A DNA stretch of 64,000 bases from Zygnema circumcarinatum SAG 698-1b. Taxonomy: Eukaryota; Plantae; Zygnematophyceae. This document shows, piece after piece, positions 31,531-42,100 of the stretch. The position numbers and the translations under genes are program-made. The notes below the pieces were generated by a model. That model ran no database searches and had not been told where the DNA came from. It saw nothing but the letters and a program-made list of their open reading frames with translations. Position 1 is the first letter of the stretch. Each line of letters starts with the position of its first letter. The stretch covers positions 2,542,001 to 2,606,000 of the forward strand of contig CM074815.1 of NCBI GenBank assembly GCA_037447605.1, written 5' to 3'.

Positions 31531-33066
31531 TCATGTTCGGACTCGCCTGCTGCTGCTGGTGCTGGGCCGAACTTCGAGGTCCGGAAATGGAATATTTAAT
31601 CTCTCAAAATATTTAGCTCCCGGGGCGACATCGTTCCCTTTATTCACCACCACCGCCTTTGCAGGTCCGAAAACAACTCCTCGAAAAATCAGCTCCGTAT
31701 TCGCCACTTTCAGTGTCACAAAATATCCCGCATCGAAAGTTCCGTCAAAAATTCCCTCCACTGTTTTCCCCAGCAGCGAGCCCGCCCCTCCTCCCGCCTC
31801 CTTCTTCCTCCTCCCTCTCCGCCTCCCTCCGGACGACACGTGTCCCGATCCTGGCGTCTCCAGCGCTGCCACCTGGACACCAATAGAAGTAGGAAACTTT
31901 AGGGTTTTGGCAGTCTTAGGGTTCTTAGGGTTTTGGCAGTTTAGGGGTTTTTAGGGTTTTGGCTTGAAGGGATGTAGGGTTCTGAGCGCCAGGGTATTAG
32001 AGTTGCTAGAAGGTGATGGATGCTGCATACAAGACAGTCTGCATATTGGTACAACTGTAACTCTCCCGACGGCCCAAAAACCTAAACCCCACCACCCCAA
32101 TACTCAACCCTAAACCCCACCATCCCAATACTCAAATCCATAAACCCCACCACCCCAATACTCAATCCTGAACTTTCAATCTCAAGACGCCTCATCGAAC
32201 CCTTTATCCCAAAACCCTAAAAACCCAAACCCCGACCCTCCCCCATACCCATAGCCCCTGAACCTTAAATCCTACCCTGAACCATCAGCAGTCCCTAACC
32301 CCTAAACCCTAACCCTAACCCTAACCCTTACCCCCTTCCCCCCACCCCCCCCATACCCATAGCCCCTGAACCCTACCTCCTGCGCCCCCCCCCCCATCCC
32401 CTCCGTTTCCGGCGCGGGCGCCATCTTGAGGAGCAGCGGCGCCTTCTTCTCCGTCCGGTCGGGCACGGGCAGACCCGCCTCCTCGAGCTGCTTCCGGCGG
32501 AGCTCAACCTCCTCCCGGCTAGGCCGCCCCCTCTTGCGTTTAAACTGCAGCTTAAAGAGCTTCTCCCTCTCTATCTCCTCCTTAGAGCGGCGCCTCCTTC
32601 GCTGTTTCTGTCCCGTTGGGTCCGACAGCATAGCAACCATTTGGGACTGAGCCTGCGTGTAAAACCGTTGCCGTTCCGCTTCAGTTAGAAGGGACCAGCG
32701 TTGACTGATGATGCTCTCCACCCACTGATTGTTGGCAGACGGAAATTCCGCATTGATTCCCGGGCGGGTTCGTTCTTGGTAGATAGCAAACGCCCGATTT
32801 CCGATGCTTAGTTGCAAGTTTCCGGGGCTTAATTGCAGGTTTGGGGAGTATTGGAGGGTAGCATCAGAGACGGCTTCTAAGGGGGTTCCCAGGGGAGGGG
32901 TGGAATTGGGGCTATTTTGGAAGCGAAGTAGGGCTAAGGGTCCTCCAAAGGGAAGGGGGAGAGGGCTCATGAATGGGTTCCGGGGTTCAGGGTGGGAGGG
33001 AGGGGGGGCAGGGGGGTAGTGCTGGGAGTGGGAGAGGGAGGGCTCGTGGGGAGGCCCTTGATGCGT
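31531..33066 (-). CDS. Nuclear protein with HMG-box-like domain, AT-hook and MNM1-like C-terminal domain (5' exons unresolved, possibly up to ~34560)
   Basis: Exon 33066-32377: AFAIYQERTRPGINAEFP..IISQRWSLLTEAERQRFY (HMG-like) and KRKRGRPSR (AT-hook). Exon 31872-31531: LLGKTVEGIFDGTFDAGYFVTLKV..FRGVVFGP..NDVAPG. Confidence 0.72.
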
Positions 33067-34711
33067 CTGCAAGGAGACAAAAACGAGATTCGGTTAGAAC
33101 CCATTGATCTCAACTGAACTGAACGTTTAACTAAAGCGAGTTTTAATTGCATTGGATTTTTGTACTGGGTTGGTCTGGTTTAATGGATCGAACTCATGAA
33201 TGAGCTTGAAGTTAATAAGATTCGTGAAGTTTGGACAATCTTCTTCAAAAAAAATAAAGGTCTCCCCTCCCTTCTCCCTCTCCTCCCTCTGTCTCCCTAT
33301 CTCAATCCCTCTTCCCTCCATCCCTCCCATATGTCCCTCTCCCCTTCATTCTCCCTCTCTTGCATTGAGGCCGCAGTCTCTCCCTCCCTTCCTATTTCTC
33401 TGACTACCTACCTCGCTCTTTGTCTCCCTCCCCCTCTTCTATCTCTTTACAGCTTCTCTTTCACTCGCCCCATCCCCCGTCCTCCCACCTTCCCTCCCCG
33501 CCTCTCCAACCCCACCTCCCTTCCACGCGCACCGTCTTTCTCTCCTCCCACTCTCCCCCTCACACACACACTCCCTTTCTCCACACAATCACTCCCTGTC
33601 TCCCGCTCTCTCCCTCACCCACTCCCCCACACACACACAATCTCTCTCTCCACCCTCTCTCTCTCCCTCTCTGAAGTTGAGTAGCTTTCTGAGGTAGGCC
33701 ACAGGAGTGGGCTAGAAATTCAAAATTTCAAATATGAAGGACTTTACATTGGATTATACACGAATAGAAATAATGAGAGAACAAAGAGATGAATAGCAGA
33801 CTCTCTGTCTCACTCTCTCCCCCTCTCTCGTCCTTCTCTCCTTCCCTCTGTCTCTCTCACACTCATCTCTCACCTCTTGATCCCTCCTTTTAATAAAGCT
33901 TCTTCATTTCTTCACGTGTCCTCTCCTCACCAACTCCCCTCTCACTCCCCCGCCTCTCCCCCACCCTTCCCTTTCCTCCGCTTTTCCGCTCTCCGTTTCC
34001 TTGTCTCTCTCCCTCTCCCTCTCCCTCTCCCTCTCTCTACATTGTTCCCATTCCCACCACTCTCTTTCTTCCCCTTCTCTTCCCTCGTGCTCTTCAATCC
34101 ACTTTACTTTCTCCCGTACTCTTCCCTTATCATCACCCTTCTCTCCTTACTTACGTTCCCTCTCTCTCTCTCTTCCTCCCTCCCTCCCTCCCTCTCCCTC
34201 TCTCCCCACCTCCCTCCCTCTTCTACCCCTCCTCCCTTCCCTCCCCACCCCCTTCCTCCGACTTTTCCCCTTCCTCTCGTCCTCCCCTTACATCTCCTTC
34301 CCTCTCTTCCCTCCTTTTCCTCCCTCTTCTTTCCTTCTTTACCTCACTCTCTAAGCATCCCTTCTTCCTTCATCCCATCTACATACTTCTCTCTCCTCCC
34401 TCCTCCCTCCCTCTCCTCCTGCATTTACTGCCCCTCCTTTTCTCCATCTCTCTCTCCCTCCTGCTCTTCATCCTCCCCTCCCTCCCACTTCTGTCTCTCT
34501 CTTCCTCCCTCTCTCCCTCCCTCCCTCCCTCCCTCCTTGTACCTACCATTCCGCCGCCATGGCCGCCTCCAGGTGCCGCCGCGCCGTCTCCCTCTCCCCT
34601 CCCCTCCCGCGCGTCCCCCCCCGTCCCCCCTCCCTCCATCCCCCCTCCTTCCATCCCCCCTCCTCCCTCTCTCCCTCTCCTCTCTCCTTCTTAACCCTAT
34701 CCAAAACTCCA

Positions 34712-34757
34712 ACCCTAACCCTAACCCTAACCCTAACCCTAACCCTGACCTTCACCT

Positions 34758-34788
<31 letters not shown>

Positions 34789-34912
34789 GAACCCTAACCC
34801 TAACCCTAACCTTCACCTTCACCTTCACCCTCACCTTAACAGGAACCCTGAACCCTGAACCCTGAACACTAACCCTAACCCTAACTCTAACCCTAACCCT
34901 AACCTGAGCCCT
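34712..34912. repeat. (CCCTAA)n / (CCTTCA,CCCTCA,CCCTGA) telomere-like hexamer array
   Basis: Perfect aaccct repeats interleaved with variant hexamers. Similar arrays at ~13027-13060, ~32298-32330 and ~41385-41535. Confidence 0.8.
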
Positions 34913-35879
34913 AAGCGGACCCTATGGCCCTGCCCTGCCTCTCCGCGCGGAACGAAACCACGAGCGGTTCGAAAAGCGTATGAACGAAAGGGGAAAAGGA
35001 GGTAAGAAAAAAGGGAAGCGGGAGCGAACCCACAAAAAGGGGAAAACCCAAACCGCGGAGGCAAGTAAAACTTTGGCGAGAAACGAGAGAAAAATGAAAA
35101 ATGGGGATGCAAAAATAGCAAATAGAAATGCGCCTCCTTTTGTACTTGCAAATATTCGCAGCAGCCGGCACGGAGGGAAGGGTTCAGCACCAAAAATAAA
35201 AGGGCCAAACGGGGAGGGCGGAGGCGGGGTTTAGGGCCGGATGTCAGAGGAAATGACCGGGCGTGATCTGAGACGTCCACGTGGTGAATCGGACGGTGAA
35301 AAAAGATTTGGTGGATGCGCTGGCGGCAGTTCCGACGGCCGAGAAATTTTGTGGCTGCGATTTATTCCCCGTTTATCCCCGAATAAAAATCAAAAAAAGT
35401 GTACGAAAATATGGCGTACGGAAATTTGGACGGCGGGGAAGGTGTTGAGGGCGGGCTCTGATTAGCGGGAAATCAAAATTTGGCCAGCGGTGGTAAATTC
35501 AAAAAAGGATTGAAAATTTGAAATCGATTTTTTAGGGTTTGAAATATCGGTAGGTTTTGCATTGAGATTTTGAACTTCGATTTGCAGTACAGGCACAGAA
35601 TAAGCGTGAAATGTTTTGGCTGCCCGAAATCACAAAACTATTTACACTTTTATATCGTTTTCATCACTTTTTTATATTCCTTTTTGAGGTTTGATGTGAA
35701 CTTGTCATGAGTTGAACTCCCGCCACGCCGTACACGGAACTGCGTTACATGGAACCCCAAATATATCGCCCATTTCGTCTTAGCTGCAAGTAAAGGTATC
35801 GAGATATTTCTCCACGATTGTACATCCACAAATTTTTCTATGCCAACCCCAACTCTCACGTCTTTTAGCCAATCACAAG

Positions 35880-36050
35880 GACGATATCAAAAATATATCA
35901 AGATGCATACGATATATCTTCAATATGCTGAAGGCACGCCTTCCATTACCAGCAGCCCTATGATCGAACTTCTTGAGCTCCGATACAAGTCAATACAAGC
36001 CGATACAAGCCGATACTTTACGATACAAGAAGATACTATCCGATACATTC
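35880..36050. promoter_or_regulatory. CGATA(C)-rich array in the divergent HMG/cpSRP54 intergenic region
   Basis: Repeated cgatac/cgatat (cgatacaagt caatacaagc cgatacaagc cgatacttta cgatacaaga..) ending ~95 bp before the cpSRP54 ATG. Regulatory role is inferred only. Confidence 0.3.
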
Positions 36051-36144
36051 CTAAACCCTGGCCTTAAACCCCGAACGCCCCCACGACGGCGCCTTTTCTT
36101 CTCCGAGCGCCACGTGCCAGCCCGAGGGCCATCCTCCCACCGCT

Positions 36145-39100
36145 ATGGCCACGCTGGCAGCGCCAGCTGCTGCCACGTGTCCCTCCGGGCCGTGCAGTGC
36201 CACGTATGCAAGCGGGGGCCGCCCGGGCTTTCAGGGAATAGCGACAGCTGGCAGGATTCAGGGTATTGGCCGCCCTGCTGCCACGTGGCAGTGTTTGAGT
36301 GGCGGAGGGCAGGGTGGGAAGGCGGTGGAGGGCGCCACGTCACGGGAAAATTCGTTTTGCTCGCCAGCTGGCCGCGTCGGATTCGTCGGGAGCTCGTTCT
36401 TGGCGGTACGAAAGTTCGCAGTTTGTGGGGTTCAGGGTTCAGGGTTTAAGTAAGTTGAAAGGCTTAGGGTTAGGGTTCAGGGTTTAAATTATAAGCTGTT
36501 AGGGGTAAGAGTATAGGGCGTGGTGCGAATTTCGGAATGGAGTCGCGTTGTGTACATAAAGGGGAATTTGCGGAGAATTTGAAGCTGAATTTTTCCGATA
36601 TTTTCATTAAACTTACAGGGATTATTAGGGTTTTGCAGCCTTAGGGTTGGAGTCAAATGCAAAAATTATTATTCTGAATTAAGATTCTGAATAGTGACAA
36701 ATTCTTTCTTCTTCGACCTCGCCCCTCCCACTCCCTCACCCTCTCCCTCGCCCTCTCCTCCTCCCCCCCTCTTCCTCACCCTCGTCCTCGCCCTCGCCCT
36801 CCCCACCTCCCCCCCTCTCCCACTTCCTCACCGTCTCGCCCTCTCCCTCGCCCTCTCCCTCTCCCTCTCCCTGTCCCTCTCCCTCTCCCTCTCCCTCCCC
36901 CTCTCCCTCTCCCTCTCCCTCTCTCTCTCCCTCTCCCTCCCTCACCCTCCCTCTCCCTCCCTCTCCCTCTCCCTCTCCTCTCTCCCTCTCCCTCTCCCTC
37001 TCCCTCTCCCTCTCCCTCTCCCTCCCTCTCCCTCTCCCTCTCCCTCTCTCTCCCTCTCCCTCTCCCTCTCCTTCTCCCTCTCCCTCTTCCCTCTCCCTCT
37101 TCCCTCTCCCTCTCCCTCTCCCTCTCCCTCTCCCTCCCTCTCCCTCTCCCTCTCCCTCTCCCTCCCTCTCTCTCTCTCCCTCTCCCTCTCCCTCTCCCTC
37201 TCCCTCTCCCTCTCCCTCTCCCTCTCCCTCTCCCTCTCCCTCTCCTTCTCCCTCGCCCTCTCCTCATCCCCTCCCCCTCCCTCAACTTCTCCCTCTCCTT
37301 CGCCCTCTCCCCCTTCCCCCCCGCTCCCTCACCCTCTCCCTCGCCCTCTCCCCCTCCCCCCCTTCTCTCTCGCCCTCTCCCTCGCCCTCTTCCTCTCTCT
37401 CTCCCCCCCTCCTCCCCCTCTCCCTCACCCTTTCCCTCTCCCTTGCCCTCTCCCCCCACCCTCTCCCTCATCCCCTCTCTCTCCCTTGCCCTCTTCCCCC
37501 CCCTCTCTCCCTCATCCTCTCCCTCGCCCTCTCCCCTTCCCCCCCCCACTTCCTCACCCTCTCCCTCGCTCGCTCCCCCTCTCCCCACCTCTTCCTCACC
37601 CCCTCCCTCGCCCTCTCCCCCTCTCCCCCTCTCCCCCCTCTCCCTCTTAATCTCCCTCGCCCTCTCCCCCTCTCCCCCCTCTCCCTCTTAATCTCCCTCG
37701 CCCTCTCCCTTCCTGTCCTGGCCCTCCTAATCTCCACACCCTTTCCCTCTCCTTCTCCATTTTCCCCTCTTATGTCCCGCCATCCCTCACGTTATATTTT
37801 CATTTCTTACCTTTGTTTCCGCAGAACGAGGCAGGCGGCATCTCTGCGTTTGTCAGACCGGGTTTCCCAAGGAAGCTGCCAGGCAAAAGTTTTGTCATCC
37901 GGGCAGCCATTTTTGACCAATTGTCGGACAACTTGGAAAAAATTTGGCAGAAATTGGGAAAAGAAAGTACGCTTCACTTTTCTCCATCCCAACCCGTTAT
38001 TTTTATTGGTTCTTTAAAAACCGAAAAAAAAAGGTAATCACTATCTCAAAGCGTCTTGGTTTTCTTTAATGAACTTAAAGGTATTTTTTCATTTCTTGTC
38101 TCAACCCCTCTGGTTCAAAGAAGAATAGGTACCATACCAAACATCACATATGACAAGAGAAGAAATGTGTTCACTAATCTTTCTTCTGTAATCCTCCTGA
38201 CTTAGTTTCCTTTTCTTCATTTGTGGTTGCAGCGATTCTGACTAAAGAAAACATCAAAGAACCGATGCAAGACATCCGAAGGGCTCTTTTGGAGGCAGAC
38301 GTGAGTGAAACATTATTCTTAATTCTTAACCTTTTTCCTTACGATCCTTTCTACTTCCATTTCCGTGACCGCTTTATCATTTCCCTTCACATTCTTACAC
38401 ACCTCCTCTCTCTCTCCGCATCCCTCCCTTTCTCTCTCTGGTGCTCCATCTCGCCCACCTCTCTTTTGCCTCCCCTATCACCTCCCACTGTCCTGTTCTC
38501 CCCTCCCCCCCCGTGTTTCCCCCTACTCCTCCCCATCCCCCTCCCCCTCCCCCTCCCCCTCCCCTCTCCCCCCCTCTCCCCCCTCTCCCCCCCTCTCCCC
38601 CCCTCTCCCCCCCTCTCCCCCCCTCTCCCCCTCCCCCTCCTCCTCCTCCTCATAGTGCAGGTGAGCCTGCCAGTCGTTCGGCGCTTTGTGAAGTCCGTCA
38701 GTGAGCGCGCGGTGGGGACGGAGATCACTCGAGGAGTGCGGGCAGACCAGCAGCTCGTTAAAGTAAGCACACCTCGTTAAAGTAAACTCAGCTCGTTCAA
38801 TAACTGCAGCTCTTTGGAGTAAGCACAACTCGTTAAAGTAAACCATCTCGTTAAAGTAAAAACACAGATCGTTAAAAGTAAGCACATCTCGCTAACAGAA
38901 AACACGGCTCCTTAATGTAAACACATCTCACTAATATACACACACTTGTGAGTGTAAAGACAGCTCGTTAAGTCGCTAGTGAGAAAAAAGTAAAAGCAGC
39001 CCCTTAGTGGAAAGGGGATAGTGAGCGGGGAGAAATGGCAGGCGAGAGGGAGAGGGAGAGGGGAGCCACCTTCTATAGGCCATCGCATTCTTTCTCAACC

Positions 39101-42100
39101 AAAATTGCTTAAAAAGCCGAAATCAGAATGCTGAGGAAAAAAGGACTCGAATCAATTCTTCAAGTTTTCAAATTTTCGAGTTTTTGGGGTTTTATAGTGC
39201 TTTTAGGGTTTGAAATTCTTACGCAGCTGCGGACATTTTTGTCTTGGGTGGGAACAGGTGGTGAACGATGAGCTAGTGCTGCTGATGGGGGGTCAGGTAG
39301 CACTCCACTCCACTCCCCTCCACTCTCTCTCTCTCTCTCGTTCTCTCCTATTCCAACCCCTCCCCCACCCCTCCCCCACCCCTCCCCCACCCCTCCCCTT
39401 TCGCCGCCGCCTTTTCCAACCCTCTCTCCCCTTTTCTGCTTCCCCTCACCCCCTCTCTCCCTCCCATTTCCACTGTTCCCCTCGCTCTCCTCCTCCCCGT
39501 CTCCCTCTCCCTCCCCCTTTCCCTCCATTTTCCCTTTTTCTTCTCGTCCCCTCGCTGTCCCTCCTCCCTTCCGCCTCCCTCTCGCGCTTTCGCTTTCCCT
39601 CCTCCTCCTCCCCTTCCTCTCTTTCCCATTCACTCACGTTGAGAGTCTATATATATATATATATATTTATATTCCAGGTGGCGGAGCTCCAATACGCCCC
39701 GGTGGGCCCCACCGTCATCCTCATGGCGGGGCTTCAGGGTGTGGGGAAAACCACTGCCTGTGGAAAATTGGCGCTCTATGCCAAAAAGAAGGTGTGGCTA
39801 TAACCCATTTGTACCCCATTGTTATTCCGTGTAAGCTCAAAGCATAACAATTTTTTGCCCACTTTACGGGGCGATACCTCTTCGTTTTGGGGGTGTGGGG
39901 TTTAGTCTGTGTTGAGCGTAAAGTGGGGGGAAGAGGGGGGTGGGCGGTGGGGATGGGAGAAAAGGGGACGAGAGAGAGAGAGGGAGAGAGAGAGAGTGTG
40001 TAATAATGGAGGGAAGGGATAGGGAGAGAGAGTGGTAGGTGTGTTAGGAGGAGAAGGGGAGGAGTGGGTGATGGAGAGAGGGAAAGGGAGCGACGACGGG
40101 GGATGAGAAAATTAGGGAAAGGGAGAGGCCTAAAAAAAAATACAAAAGTGAGAGGTATGAAGTCTTAAATAGCAATTGGGGTTACTTTCTATTTTGGGGT
40201 GGGGTGGTTATAATAGGGAAAAACTGTCTTAATGGTGGCAACGGATATTTACCGGCCGGCTGCTATCGACCAGCTTATCACTCTCGGAAATCAGGTGAGA
40301 CAAAATTTTCGTTTTTTTTTTTTCTTTTCACAAGTTTTCCACATTCATCACGAGGTTTTACTTTTTAGGACCATCTTTCTTTGGGAACGGCAGGTGTCAC
40401 TTTTCCTGGAGTCCCTCTTCCCTCACCTTCTTCCCCCCCCCTCTCTCTCCCTCTCTTCCCCTCTCCCCCTCTCTCTCGACCTTAAATGCTTGCCAAGCTG
40501 ACACGTACTCCATTGCTCTCAGTGTAATGGTTGCCACATCATTAGATGCAACTCCCTCCCTCCCTCCCTCTCTCTCGCTCTCTCTCACTGTCTCTCTCCC
40601 ACTTTCTCACCCTTGGTCGTGGGAGTGTGGGATGAACCACCTTGCAGGTAGACGTTCCCGTGTTTTCTCTCGGCCAAGATGTCGCTCCGCCAGAAATTGC
40701 CCGACAGGGCCTTGAGGAGGCGAAGAGGAGAAAAGTGGATGTGGTCATAGTGGACACAGCCGGCCGTCTTCAGGTGATCTCTCTCTCCCTCTCCTCTCTC
40801 TCTCTCTCCCTCTCTCCCTCTCGTTCTCTTCTGTCTCCCCTCCATTCATCCCCCTTTTCTTCCTTCTCCCGGTTTTTCCCTTTCGTCCTCTCTCGACTCC
40901 TCTCACCCCCCCCCCTCCTCCTCTCCTCTTCCCCACTCTCTCTTCCTCTTTCCCTTTCGATGTCCTACGCTCCCCATCGCCGTCTCCCCCACTTTCCCAC
41001 TCTCTCGTTTTCCTCTTCTCAATCTTTCTCTACCCCTCTCTCCTTCCATCCCTCTTCCATCCCCTCTCTCCCTCTCTCTCCCTCCCTCATCCCCTCCCTC
41101 CCCTCCCCCCCCAACCCTCTCCCACCCCTCCCCTCCTCCCCCCCACTTCAACCCTCTCCCCACCCCCCCCCCCTTCCGCCCCCACTCCCCCACAAACTTT
41201 ATCCTCCTCAAACGCTTGACTGTAATCCCAACCCCAACTGAAACTGTACCCCCCCCTCTCGCCCCTCATCTCCCCTCCCTCACCCCCCCCCCCAAAACCC
41301 CAACCCTCTCAAACTTCACCCTCCTCAAACCATTACCGAAACCCCAACCCCAACTGTACCCCCAACTGTAACCCCAACCCCAACCCCAACCCTAACCCTA
41401 ACCCTAACTGTACCCCCACCCCCAACCCCAACCCTAACCCTAACCCTAACTGTACCCCCACCCCCAACCCCAACCCTAACCCTAACCCTAACTGTACCCC
41501 CACCCCCAACCCCAACCCTAACCCTAACCCTAACTGTACCCCCACCTCACCCCCAACCCGAACCATAACCCCAACTGTACCCACAACCCCAACTGTACTT
41601 CCAACCCCAACCCCAACTGTACTCCCAACCCCAACCCCAACTGTAACTGAAACTGAAAGTGGACCCTGAACGGAAGTGCAGGTGGACACGGAGATGATGG
41701 CGGAGCTGCGTGCCATAAAGGCCGTCCTCCGCCCGTCCGAGGTACTCCTCGTGGTGGACGCGATGACGGGGCAGGAGGCGGCGGGGCTGGTAGCGGCCTT
41801 CAATGCTGACGTGGGCATCACAGGGGCCGTCCTCACAAAGGTCGACGGAGACTCCCGCGGAGGGGCAGCTCTCAGCGTGAAGGAGGTGAGAGGGGGAAAG
41901 TGGGGGTGGTGGTGGTGCTCGCAGTTCTCGGTTTTTTGGTTATTTGGGTTGTCGGTTTTTTGGTTATTTGGGTTGTCGGTTTTTTGGTTATTTGGGTTGT
42001 CGGGTTTTTGGTTATTTGGGTTCTCGGTTTGTTGGGCTTATGGTTATTGTTGAGTTTATGTTTTTTTGGTTACAGGTTTTGGGATGCTAGATAGTGGGAT

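Noticed and set aside
25080-34550. Rule that intron CT tracts always lie on the sense strand
   Set aside because: Counter-examples exist: IDN2-like and HMG-gene introns are GA-rich in sense, as are HK intron ~10634-10881 and kinase intron ~58483-58815.
33877-37691. Pro/Leu/Ser- or Gly/Arg/Glu-rich ORFs
   Set aside because: CT/GA low-complexity intron or intergenic tracts.
38751-38970. CRISPR-like appearance of spaced repeats
   Set aside because: Units are contiguous and degenerate with no unique spacers, there are no cas genes, and the context is a eukaryotic intron.
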